Positions 1 through 8,429 of a stretch of DNA of 64,000 nucleotides are shown here, piece after piece. Source of the DNA: an uncultured Acidobacteriota bacterium. GTDB taxonomy: Bacteria > Acidobacteriota > Vicinamibacteria > Vicinamibacterales > UBA2999. Location: positions 2,766,625 to 2,830,624 of the forward strand of contig CAVSPI010000001.1 in the NCBI GenBank assembly GCA_963729975.1. Direction: 5' to 3'. The notes under the pieces were generated by a model that ran no database searches, was not told where the DNA came from, and saw nothing but the letters and a program-made list of their open reading frames with translations. The position numbers were made by a program, and so were the translations under genes. Within the stretch, counting starts at the first letter, position 1. Each line of letters begins with the position of its first letter.

Positions 1-574
1 CGGTGCCGGTGTTCTCGAGGCGATGCGTGACCGGGCGCTCGACGTAGCTCGTGGTGCTCGTGGGTCGCGGACCGGCAGCCGCGCCGCGGCCGCCGGCGGG
101 TGAGGCCCCGGCGCCACGCGCCGCGCTCGCCTGCGCCGCCCCGCCCTGTCTGGCGCCGCCCTGCGCCACGGCCGATTGTCCTGCCGGCGCGCCTGCGGCC
201 GTGCCGCGGCCTCGCCCGGCGCCGCCACCACCTCCACCACCTCCCCAGGCCTCGCCCAGGTTCTGCGTGCGCATCTGCCCCTGCGACAGGGTGAGGTAGA
301 GCACGGGCCACTCGTGCGAGTGGAACCACGAGATGTCGCCGGGCGGCAGCTGCAGATCGAGAATCCGCATCGGCCCACGCTGGAACACCTGGCGATGGTG
401 GGGTTCCTTATGTACCGGCACGGCGGGCACCGGCTCGACGCGCTCGCGGCCCGGTACCCCGGCGTCTGGCGTTGCCGCCTGCTGGGCGCGCGCGGCTGCC
501 GGCACCAGCCCGAGCAGGATGGCGACACACGACGCGAACGCCGGCGCACGCAGCAGCACGACGGTTTTCTTCAG
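1..574 (-). CDS. Secreted cupin-domain protein, partial (3' end runs off the window start). The signal peptide MKKTVVLLRAPAFASCVAILLGLVPAAARA precedes a cupin-like HKEPHHRQVFQRGPMRILDLQLPPGDISWFHSHEWPVLYLTL segment and then a Gly-rich stretch. The start is non-ATG: CTG at 574, 6 nt after GAGGAG.
   Basis: Manual minus-strand translation from ~590 down to position 1 gives an open frame with no stop. It is absent from the ORF track because it never terminates inside the window. Signal peptide and cupin motif are read directly from the sequence. The only start candidate with a good RBS spacing is CTG. Confidence 0.45.
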   Translation of the reverse strand, partial: MKKTVVLLRAPAFASCVAILLGLVPAAARAQQAATPDAGVPGRERVEPVPAVPVHKEPHHRQVFQRGPMRILDLQLPPGDISWFHSHEWPVLYLTLSQGQMRTQNLGEAWGGGGGGGGAGRGRGTAAGAPAGQSAVAQGGARQGGAAQASAARGAGASPAGGRGAAAGPRPTSTTSYVERPVTHRLENTGT

Positions 575-855
575 ACGAAGCTCCTCGGACGGCCGGGCCG
601 GGCCGGCCTGACGTTCGCGGACGGTCGGGCCGGGGCACCACGGCTCATCGGTTTCCCCTGGACCAGCGGCTCATTCTAACGCCCGGCGAGTGGCCCTTGT
701 CGGACAAAAAAGACGCAAAGCACCCACCCTGATCCGGCCCAGCCGGAGGCAAAAATCGGTCAAAGGCCTCACCTGGGGATTTCCCTTCACAGGCCGCCCG
801 CCTATACTGCTCCGGTCTCTGCGCAGCCCGTCGCTGCTTCTTTTCGAGGAGTGCC

Positions 856-3147
856 ATGAACCCTTCTACCCGTTCCAGAACGTGGCTCGCGCTGGTATGC
901 GCGGCGCTTCTGGCGCTGACCTCGTCCGGCAGGGCCGGTCAGGCCCAGCCCGCCGCGGCCGCATCGCCGCAGGGCTACATCACAGGCGTCGTTCAGAGCG
1001 GCCAGGGCCCGGAGGCCGGCGTCTGGGTCATTGCCGAGACCAACGACCTCCCGACCCCGTACATCAAGATCGTGGTGACCGACGACCGCGGCCGCTTCGT
1101 CGTCCCGGAACTGCCCAACGCCAACTACAGCGTGTGGGTGCGCGGTTACGGCCTCGCCGACTCGACGAAGACGCAGGTGCGGCCGGGTACGAATACGGTG
1201 ACCCTGCGCGCCGAGAAGGCGAAGACGCCGCAGGAAGCCGCCAAGGTCTTCCCGGGCGACTACTGGCTCTCGCTGCTCGAGCCGCCGGCCGCCAGCGAGT
1301 TCCCGGGCACCGGTCCGCAAGGCAACGGCCTCGGCCCGAGCATGCTCACGCAGAACCACTTCGTCAACTCGCTGAAGTCGGACTGCAACTTCTGCCATCA
1401 GCTCGGCAACCAGCTGACGCGCAGCGTCAATCACGTCTTCAAGGCAAAGCCCGAGCTGAAGACCCATGCCGAGGCCTGGGAATGGCGCCTCGGCACCGGC
1501 GTGCGCGGCAACGGGATGTACGGCGTGCTCAACAGCCAGGGACAGACGCGCGCGCTGAAGGTCTACTCGGACTGGACCGAGCGCATCGCCAAGGGCGAAG
1601 TGCCGCCGACGCCGCCGCGCCCGACCGGCATCGAGCGCAACGTCGTCGTCACGCTGTGGGACTGGGGCACGGACCACTCGTTCATGCACGACGAGGTCTC
1701 GACCGACAAGAACCGTCCCACCGTCAACGCCAACGGACCGATCTACGCCGTGTCCGCCGGGCACGGTTCGCTGACGATGGTCGACCCGGTCACCAACCGC
1801 ACGGAGGAGATCGAGATCCCGACGCGCGCGCCGCGTGAATCGGTACCCTCGCGCTTCCCGCGCCCGAATCGCCCGTCGCTCTGGTGGGGTGACACGCACC
1901 TGTGGTCGAACCCGCCGTACAACCCGGCCGACCCCCACAACGGCATGCTCGACAGCAAGGCGCGCGTGTGGATGACGTCGAAGATCCGGCCGAACCAGAA
2001 CCCGGCGTGGTGCCAGGACCCGGCGAACAAGTTCGCCTCGTGGTTCCCGATGCGGCAGAGCGGACGGCAGGCCTCGTACTACGATCCGAAGACGAAGCAG
2101 TTCGTCCTCATCGACACCTGCTACGCGACGCACCACCTGCAGTTCGACAACGACGCGAACGAGACGCTCTACTTCAACGAGCTGGTCGGCCCGATCGTCG
2201 GCTGGATCGACACCAAGGTCTACGACGAGACCAAGGACGAGCAGAAGGCGGTCGGCTGGTGCGGGCAGGTGGTCGACACCAACGGCGACGGCCGCATCAC
2301 GCGTCCGCCATGGAACCAGATCACCGGCCGCGGCGATTCGATCCTCTACTCGGGTGACACCGGCGGCAACAACGCGGCGGCCGGCCGCGGCGCCGCCGGC
2401 GGTGCACGCGGTGCCGGTCCGGCCGCCGGCGCCGGCGGCGGCCCCGATCCGAAGCTCGACACGCTCGTGAGCTACAGCCTCTACGCCGTGATCCCGAGCC
2501 CGGTCGACAACTCGGTGTGGGGCGTATCGGAACGCTATCCGGGATATCTCGTGCGCATGGACCGCGGCACCAACCCGCCCGAGTCGTGCATGAGCGAGAT
2601 CTACAAGGTGCCGGAGCCGGGCTTCGACCCGCGCGGCGTCGACATCGACAGGAACGGCGTGGTGTGGACGGCGCTGGCCGCCAGCAGCCACATGGCCAGC
2701 TTCGACCGCCGCAAATGCAAGCCGATCACCGGGCCGCGCAAGGCCGACGGCAGCGAGTGCGCGGAGGGCTGGACCCTTTACGAGACGCCGGGCCCCAACC
2801 TGAAGGGCACGAGCATCCCGGCCGACTTCCACTATTACAACTGGGTGGACCAGTTCAACATCCTCGGCATGGGCGAGAACATGCCGATTGCCACCGGCTC
2901 GAACTCCGACTCGCTCCTCGTGCTCGATCCGAAGACGCGCCGCTGGACGACACTGCGCGTGCCGTATCCGCTCGGCTTCTATTCGCGCGGGCTCGACGGC
3001 CGCATCGACGACCCGAAGGGCGGCTGGAAGGGCCGCGGGCTCTACGCCAACTACGGCACGCACTTCGTCTGGCACATCGAAGGCGGCAAGGGCACCAAGG
3101 GCAAGCTGGTGAAGTTCCAGATTCGTCCCGACCCGCTGGCGCGGTAA
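856..3147 (+). CDS. Large secreted protein, 763 aa. It has an N-terminal carboxypeptidase-regulatory-like (CarbopepD_reg) beta-sandwich, a single CxxCH heme-binding motif (CNFCH), an internal Gly/Ala-rich linker and a beta-propeller-like C-terminal half.
   Basis: ATG at 856 follows GAGGAG. Signal peptide MNPSTRSRTWLALVCAALLALTSSGRAG. The motif GYITGVVQSGQGPEAGVWVIAETNDL...DDRGRFVVPELPNANYSVWV is typical of CarbopepD_reg_2. CNFCHQLG is present. There is a low-complexity GGNNAAAGRGAAGGARGAGPAAGAGGG stretch. A long clean ORF followed by a rho-independent terminator. Confidence 0.85.
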   Translation: MNPSTRSRTWLALVCAALLALTSSGRAGQAQPAAAASPQGYITGVVQSGQGPEAGVWVIAETNDLPTPYIKIVVTDDRGRFVVPELPNANYSVWVRGYGLADSTKTQVRPGTNTVTLRAEKAKTPQEAAKVFPGDYWLSLLEPPAASEFPGTGPQGNGLGPSMLTQNHFVNSLKSDCNFCHQLGNQLTRSVNHVFKAKPELKTHAEAWEWRLGTGVRGNGMYGVLNSQGQTRALKVYSDWTERIAKGEVPPTPPRPTGIERNVVVTLWDWGTDHSFMHDEVSTDKNRPTVNANGPIYAVSAGHGSLTMVDPVTNRTEEIEIPTRAPRESVPSRFPRPNRPSLWWGDTHLWSNPPYNPADPHNGMLDSKARVWMTSKIRPNQNPAWCQDPANKFASWFPMRQSGRQASYYDPKTKQFVLIDTCYATHHLQFDNDANETLYFNELVGPIVGWIDTKVYDETKDEQKAVGWCGQVVDTNGDGRITRPPWNQITGRGDSILYSGDTGGNNAAAGRGAAGGARGAGPAAGAGGGPDPKLDTLVSYSLYAVIPSPVDNSVWGVSERYPGYLVRMDRGTNPPESCMSEIYKVPEPGFDPRGVDIDRNGVVWTALAASSHMASFDRRKCKPITGPRKADGSECAEGWTLYETPGPNLKGTSIPADFHYYNWVDQFNILGMGENMPIATGSNSDSLLVLDPKTRRWTTLRVPYPLGFYSRGLDGRIDDPKGGWKGRGLYANYGTHFVWHIEGGKGTKGKLVKFQIRPDPLAR

Positions 3148-3167
3148 ACGGCCATTCGGCACCCTCG

Positions 3168-3203
3168 AGGCCCGCAGGAGTACTCCTCCTGCGGGCTTTT
3201 TTT
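3168..3203 (+). terminator. Rho-independent terminator: hairpin GCCCGCAGGAG-tactc-CTCCTGCGGGC followed by a T7 run.
   Basis: Perfect 11 bp GC-rich stem plus TTTTTTT, 20 nt after the stop at 3147. Confidence 0.85.
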
Positions 3204-3274
3204 CGGGTGGGCCGATCGCGCACCACCTGCCTCCCGGAGTAGACTTCGCGCGATTCAGCTGAAGGATGCGCCCC

Positions 3275-4234
3275 ATGAAAAGCACTGCTGCCGTCGTCGT
3301 CTTCCTGCTGCTCGGCGTTCACACGTTCGCGCAGCGTCCGTCCGACCCGGCGCTGCTCATCCCGCAGGTCGCCCCGGAGTTGGACTACGTCGCCGTGCCG
3401 AGCACGGTCACGCTGCCGGCCGGTACGGCGATGGGGGCGAGTGCGGCGGTGGCGTTCGACGCGAAGGGGCATCTGTTCGTGCTGACGCGCGGCGCGCAGG
3501 CGTTCTTCGAGTTCGATCCGAATGGACAGTTCGTGCGCGCCTTCGGCGACGGCCTGTTCACGCGTGCGCACGGGCTGCGCATCGACCGCGACGGCAACCT
3601 GTGGGCGACCGACGTCGGCGCGCACACGGTGATGAAGTTCAGCACCCAGGGACGGCTTCTGCTGACGCTCGGCGTCAAGGGCGAGGCCGGCGAGTGGAAC
3701 GAAGCGGCGGGCTCGCGCAAGCTCAATCAGCCGAACGACCTCGCCATTGCGCGCAACGGCGACGTGTTCGTTGTGCAGGGGCACACGCCCGGCGAGCGCG
3801 GTGACGCGCGTGTGCTCAAGTTCGACAAGGACGGGAAGTTCCTCACGTCGTGGGGCGGCAAGGGCGCCGGCCCCGGCCAGTTCCAGGTGGCGCACGGCAT
3901 CGCCATCGATGCGCAGGACCGGTTGTGGGTGGCCGACCGCGAGAACCAGCGGCTGCAGGTGTTCGACGCGAACGGCACCTACATCAAGGAAGTGAAGTAC
4001 GCCGGGCTGCCGTGCAGCGTGGAGATTGGCCCGAAGTACATGTACATGGTGAACGGCTTCGCCGGTCAGCTCGTGCAGATGGATCTCGAGGGCAAGGTCC
4101 TCGCCGTCACCGGCCGGCCGGGCAAGGGGCTCGGCGAGTTCGGCGAGGCGCACTTCCTCGCCGTCAGCCCGAAGGACGAGCTCTTCGTCGCCGATTCGGT
4201 GAACGGCGCGCTGGTGAAGTTCGTGAAGAAGTGA
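3275..4234 (+). CDS. NHL-repeat (six-bladed beta-propeller) secreted protein.
   Basis: Signal peptide MKSTAAVVVFLLLGVHTFAQ. AAGGA lies 8 nt upstream of ATG 3275; an alternative ATG is at 3266. Repeated motifs are present: GLRIDRDGNLWATD, PNDLAIARNGDVFVV, AHGIAIDAQDRLWVADRENQRLQVF, GEAHFLAVSPKDELFVAD. Confidence 0.85.
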   Translation: MKSTAAVVVFLLLGVHTFAQRPSDPALLIPQVAPELDYVAVPSTVTLPAGTAMGASAAVAFDAKGHLFVLTRGAQAFFEFDPNGQFVRAFGDGLFTRAHGLRIDRDGNLWATDVGAHTVMKFSTQGRLLLTLGVKGEAGEWNEAAGSRKLNQPNDLAIARNGDVFVVQGHTPGERGDARVLKFDKDGKFLTSWGGKGAGPGQFQVAHGIAIDAQDRLWVADRENQRLQVFDANGTYIKEVKYAGLPCSVEIGPKYMYMVNGFAGQLVQMDLEGKVLAVTGRPGKGLGEFGEAHFLAVSPKDELFVADSVNGALVKFVKK

Positions 4235-4576
4235 CTAGCCGGGCGTGTCCTGCGAGTTGAACGCAGGATCCACCAGGTCGGCATACTGCTTGTGCCGGGC
4301 GATGTACTTCGCGACGAACTTGCAGTACGGCTTCACCGACCAGCCCTGACTGCGCACGTAGTCGAGCATGGCCGCGGTGAGCGCCTCGCCAACGCCCTGG
4401 CCGCGCAGCGACGCCGGCACCTCGGTGTGCATCAGTGACAGCGCGCCCTCGCGCTGCCGGAAATCGATGAAGGCGGTGCCGCTGTCGAACGCCAGTTCGA
4501 AGCGGTTGGTCCGGTCGTCCCTGATGAATGCGTGCGGCGCGCCGTCGACGTCGATCTGTGCGATGGAAGTCTTCAC
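4235..4576 (-). CDS. Small GNAT-family N-acetyltransferase (YjdJ-like, ~113 aa).
   Basis: MKTSIAQIDVDGAPHAFIRDDRTNRFELAFDSGTAFIDFRQREGALSLMHTEVPASLRGQGVGEALTAAMLDYVRSQGWSVKPYCKFV matches the GNAT acetyl-CoA binding segment (RGQGVG). It is convergent with the NHL gene with zero intergenic distance; the stop codons abut at 4232-4237. Confidence 0.8.
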   Translation of the reverse strand: MKTSIAQIDVDGAPHAFIRDDRTNRFELAFDSGTAFIDFRQREGALSLMHTEVPASLRGQGVGEALTAAMLDYVRSQGWSVKPYCKFVAKYIARHKQYADLVDPAFNSQDTPG

Positions 4577-4867
4577 GCCGCGATCCTAGACGATCTGCGT
4601 GGAACGAAACGGCCGGTGCCAGTATCGCACGCACAGGAAGACCGCGAGCCATCGGTGGATACCGTGGCACCTCTGCATGGCCTTCATCGCCGGCGCCATA
4701 GCGGCCGGCTCCGCACACGAGCTGGACGGCGACGGGTATTCACGTCACTGTCCGGTTCTCTTTGCTACAGGGCGCCGCATTCCACGCACCGCGCGCCTCC
4801 ACACACCCTCTCTCCCCTGGCGGGCGCAGCAACTCGGCGCGCGTGAACTGACGCACCACGGCCTCGC

Positions 4868-5623
4868 ATGACCTCGGCGGCGAGGGCCGTCGCGTCGATG
4901 GCGCAGAATACTGACGCGATGAAGCTGCTGCCGGAGCGGATGCTGCAGACGATCGCGCGGGCACGCGCGCTCATTGGCGGCCGCGCGCGCGTCGACCTGC
5001 GCGGCTCGGACGTCGAGATGCTGCAGATCATGGCGCTCGGGTCCGGCGATCCAGAACGGATCCGGCGCGTGCTGGACATCGCCAACCCGCTGTCGCCGGC
5101 CGTCGCCGCGCACGCTATTCCGCTGCTTGGCAGCCAGCGCCTGGCGGGCGACGCCATCCGCGCGCTGCGTCAGGTCGCGGAACCGAATGCCGGCAAGCTT
5201 CTCGACCGGCTTCTCGACACCGCGCAGCCCATCGCCGTGCGCCGTCGTATCCCGCGCGTCCTCTCCGCCTGCTCATCGCCGCGCGTCGTCGACGGCTTGC
5301 TGCTCGGGGTGGGCAGCGCCGAGCCCGACGTCGCCGCCCAATGTGCACGCGCCCTGCTCCTGATCATGCAGCGCCAGCCGGACATACGTCTCGACAAAGA
5401 GGTCATCGTCCGTGCTGTGCAGCGCGAACTGCTGTCACAGCCGCCCTCTCTTGGCATCATCTTCACGCTGCTTACGCTGCTGCTGCCCCCTCCGGCCGTC
5501 CGTACCGCCTATCGCGCCGTCAAAGGCAGCGATCCGCACCTGCGCGGTACCGCGCAGGAATATCTCAGAGGTGTGCTTCCGCTCGGAATCCGCGACGATG
5601 TGCTGCGGACGATCGCACGGTAA
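4868..5623 (+). CDS. Hypothetical protein with alpha-helical, HEAT/ARM-like repeats.
   Basis: A 251-aa ORF with Leu/Ala/Arg-rich helical repeats and no stops. No specific family motif was recognised, so the call rests on ORF length and composition only. Confidence 0.5.
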   Translation: MTSAARAVASMAQNTDAMKLLPERMLQTIARARALIGGRARVDLRGSDVEMLQIMALGSGDPERIRRVLDIANPLSPAVAAHAIPLLGSQRLAGDAIRALRQVAEPNAGKLLDRLLDTAQPIAVRRRIPRVLSACSSPRVVDGLLLGVGSAEPDVAAQCARALLLIMQRQPDIRLDKEVIVRAVQRELLSQPPSLGIIFTLLTLLLPPPAVRTAYRAVKGSDPHLRGTAQEYLRGVLPLGIRDDVLRTIAR

Positions 5624-5986
5624 CGCGGCCACGTGTTCATCGCTGCGATGGCGCACCCGGGGTCGAACCTCACGTTCATGGTGCGTGATCGATGTTCGCG
5701 CGTCAGGCGCGGCTCAGAGCAAGAGAGAACGCCGAGCTTTTGGCGCAGAGAGCCGCAGAGAGCAGAGAAGTCACGCCGGTGGGTGCCGGCCGTGGCCGGC
5801 ACTGGACACGAGCGCTACGCGTCGCCCCACCGGCTCAGTCTTGAGACAGGCAGTCACGGGTAGCTAGCGCGACGCCCCGATCGGGCACAAAGTGGCCACA
5901 GAACCGTTGCCTCTGCTCTCAGCGCTCTCTGCGATGAATCCCGGCGGCCTCTCCTCCCTCAGCGTCCGTTCGGCCTGGAAAACCGT

Positions 5987-6372
5987 TTACCGTGCGCCTG
6001 ATGCCTTGCCGCATGCTCGGCGCCCCGAAGTCAGCAAGAGGCCAACCGGGACGCCCGCCAAGCAGACGTACGTGTGCAACTGGCGAACATGAATGGGCAG
6101 AACGGCGTCGACAGCCTTCACCTCGATCACCACGTGCTCATCGACCACGAAATCAGCTCTGAAAGCACAGTCGATCACGATGCCGTCGTACACCAACGGC
6201 ACGGTCTTCTGACACTCGAAGGAAAGGCCGGCAACCACGACTCGTGCCGGAGGCAGGCGAGATAGGCGCTTTCGAGCAGCCCGGGGCCGAGGTGCCTGTG
6301 AATTCTTATGGCGGACGCGATGATGGCCGACGTCAGGTCGTCGAGGGCGTCGGCACTTCTTCCGGGGCGCAT
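5987..6372 (-). pseudogene. GxxExxY-family protein (PD-(D/E)XK nuclease superfamily) split by a single frameshift near 6237.
   Basis: N-terminal frame (6175..6372): MRPGRSADALDDLTSAIIASAIRIHRHLGPGLLESAYLACLRHE, containing the G-x-x-E-x-x-Y motif GLLESAY. C-terminal frame (5987..~6235): AGLSFECQKTVPLVYDGIVIDCAFRADFVVDEHVVIEVKAVDAVLPIHVRQLHTYVCLAGVPVGLLL. The two ORFs overlap in different frames. Confidence 0.7.
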
Positions 6373-6491
6373 CCAAGGGGCTTGTGCGGAGTTCGTGCCG
6401 GGCGACGACGCTCGGCTGGCGTTACCGAAAGCCCAGGCGGTGCGCAGAAGCTGCGAGGCCGCAAGTGGCGGCGGTGTGGAGTTGATCCACC

Positions 6492-7733
6492 TCAGGCCTC
6501 GACATACAACGCATCCCGCAGCCGCGCGAAGCGCGCGTCGCCGCGAAAGCTGTCGGCCTTGGGATCGACGTTCAGTGAATAGACGAACGCGGAGTTCTCG
6601 TCGAAGGCGCGCTCCAGTTCGTCGAACGCCTCAGCCTGCTGGCCGAGCGCCTGCCGCAGCACGGCCATGTGATACGCGTCCACGTACTCGAAGCGCCGCA
6701 CCTGCTCCAGCTGCTGCAGGATGGCGCGAGCCTCGCGGGTGCGCGTCATCTTGGCCAGGCACGTGCCTTCGAGCGCGCGCAGCCACGGCAGGTCGGGCGA
6801 CATGACCGACGCGAGCTGGTACTGGGCGAGCGCCTCGTCCAGCCGGCCGGAGAACTCGAGCGCCTGCGCGTAGTTGGCGCGTGAGATCTGCAGGTAGGGA
6901 TGCAACTCCACCGCCTTGCGCCCGAGCGTGATCGCCTCGTCGAACTCCCGCCGCCAGACGCGGACGTTGACGATGGTGGCGGGAAGCGTCGGCAGCAGAG
7001 GGTCGGCCTGAGAACCGCGCTCCACGATCTCGAGCGCGGCGTCGAGGCGGCCGAGCGTGGCATAGAGAAGCGCGAGGCGCACGTGCGTAGTGGCGTAGTC
7101 CGGCTTCTCGCGCAACACCTGCAGGAACTCCGCTTCCGCCTCCGCCAGTCGCCGCTCGAACAAGTGCAGCCCGTGCGCGCGGTTGCAGCGCAGCTCGGGG
7201 CGCAGGCCGCCGGCATCCACGGCACGGACGTGCGCGTCGAGGAAATCCTTGTAGACATCGCGCGGCGCACGCATGCCGAAGGTGGCCAGCATCAGGGAAC
7301 AGGTCGACAGCCCCTCGTAGGCGCGGAAGTCGCCCGGACACTCGCCGGCCGCCTGCGTGAAACATTCGATGGCGCGCTCGGCGCCTTCACGCGTGCGGCG
7401 GTTGGAGAAGTGCCAGCCCGTGCGCACGAGCTCGTCGGACGAGGGCACCTCGAGCACGTAGCCAACCTTGGGGCGGTGGCTGATCCAGCCGGCATACTCG
7501 CCAAGGCTCTTCTTCACCGCCGCCACGGTCACGTCGACCGTGTGGCGCGAGACGAACGTGCCTTCCCACGCCTCGGCGATCATCTGGTCGTAGTGGATTG
7601 GCTGCGCGCGGTGACGCAGCAGCACCTGCAGCACGCGCCGCGCCTGCGGGCGCAGCTGCACCTCGACGCCGTCCCGCAGCAGGCGGGTACCGGTCTGGTC
7701 GAACGCGAAGGGCCCGAACGAGGTCTGAGGCAT
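6492..7733 (-). CDS. Transcriptional regulator with an N-terminal OmpR/PhoB-type winged-helix DNA-binding domain and C-terminal TPR repeats.
   Basis: FAFDQTGTRLLRDGVEVQLRPQARRVLQVLLRHRAQPIHYDQMIAEAWEGTFVSRHTVDVTVAAVKKSLGEYAGWISHRPKVGYVLEV matches the trans_reg_C signature. Downstream are TPR-like repeats (LALLYATLGRLDAALEIVERG..., ANYAQALEFSGRLDEALAQYQLA). Confidence 0.85.
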   Translation of the reverse strand: MPQTSFGPFAFDQTGTRLLRDGVEVQLRPQARRVLQVLLRHRAQPIHYDQMIAEAWEGTFVSRHTVDVTVAAVKKSLGEYAGWISHRPKVGYVLEVPSSDELVRTGWHFSNRRTREGAERAIECFTQAAGECPGDFRAYEGLSTCSLMLATFGMRAPRDVYKDFLDAHVRAVDAGGLRPELRCNRAHGLHLFERRLAEAEAEFLQVLREKPDYATTHVRLALLYATLGRLDAALEIVERGSQADPLLPTLPATIVNVRVWRREFDEAITLGRKAVELHPYLQISRANYAQALEFSGRLDEALAQYQLASVMSPDLPWLRALEGTCLAKMTRTREARAILQQLEQVRRFEYVDAYHMAVLRQALGQQAEAFDELERAFDENSAFVYSLNVDPKADSFRGDARFARLRDALYVEA

Positions 7734-7775
7734 GCGGACGTACGGCAGAAATTTTTGGCGTTTCTTCGCGCGCGG

Positions 7776-8429
7776 TCAAGCGGCGGACGGATTGGCGCGC
7801 AGCAGCGCCTCCACCGCGGTCATCTCGTCCTCCACCACGGTATGCCCGAGCGCGCGGTAGATTCGCTCGTCAACGACGGCGCCGAGGCGGCGGTAAACCT
7901 CGGCCGACTCGCGCACGCGGTCGACAGGAATGTGCGCATCGGTGTCGCTGCAGCCGATGAACACCGGCGTCCCGTCGAAGGATCCGGCATAGTCCTGCAA
8001 CCCCCCGCGCGGGCCGATCAGACCGCCGCTCAGCGCGACGACGCCGCCGTAGCGGCGCGGGTTGCGGGCGGCGAACTCGAGCGACAGGCAGGCACCCTGC
8101 GAGAACCCCATGAGCACCACGCGCTCCGGACCGATGCCCTGCTCGCCCAGCGACGCGAGCAGCGCACCGACGCGCCGCAGCGCCGAGGTGAGCGCCGGCT
8201 CATTCTGCGCGATCGGCGACATGAACGACAGCGGATACCAGGTGTGCCCCGCCGCCTCGGGAGCGACGAACGCCACGTCCGGCACGGCGAGCGCGTGCGC
8301 GAGCCCGAGGATGCCGTCGGCGGAATCGCCGCGCCCGTGCAGTAACAGCACGGTGAGACGGGCCTGCACGGGCGGCGGCCCGTATGTGCGGACGGGCTGA
8401 GCGGCGTGCGGGTCGGGTGACGTGGGCAT
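7776..8429 (-). CDS. Phospholipase/carboxylesterase-family alpha/beta hydrolase.
   Basis: MPTSPDPHAAQPVRTYGPP...LTVLLLHGRGDSADGILGLAHAL...VVLMGFSQGACLSLE (GFSQG nucleophile elbow)...FIGCSDTDAHIP. The ATG at 8427-8429 overlaps the MFS stop at 8429-8431 (TAATG), suggesting translational coupling. The 60 codons upstream in the ORF track are non-protein-like. Confidence 0.8.
   Translation of the reverse strand: MPTSPDPHAAQPVRTYGPPPVQARLTVLLLHGRGDSADGILGLAHALAVPDVAFVAPEAAGHTWYPLSFMSPIAQNEPALTSALRRVGALLASLGEQGIGPERVVLMGFSQGACLSLEFAARNPRRYGGVVALSGGLIGPRGGLQDYAGSFDGTPVFIGCSDTDAHIPVDRVRESAEVYRRLGAVVDERIYRALGHTVVEDEMTAVEALLRANPSAA

Noticed and set aside
690-1838. 382-aa plus-strand ORF overlapping the 5' end of the 856 gene
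   Set aside because: It is in a different frame from the supported gene and its translation is non-protein-like. The true start at 856 has an RBS and a signal peptide.
802-3285. 827-aa minus-strand ORF
   Set aside because: It is antisense to the well-supported 763-aa secreted protein. The translation is Arg/Ala/Val-rich with no motifs, which is the typical long spurious ORF of a ~70% GC genome.
5633-5987. AG-rich segment (AGAGCAAGAGAGAACGCCGAGC...GCAGAGAGCCGCAGAGAGCAGAGAAG) as a possible ncRNA or regulatory element
   Set aside because: It is a purine-rich low-complexity stretch without a convincing stem-loop, promoter or RBS context that I could support. I leave it as unexplained intergenic sequence.
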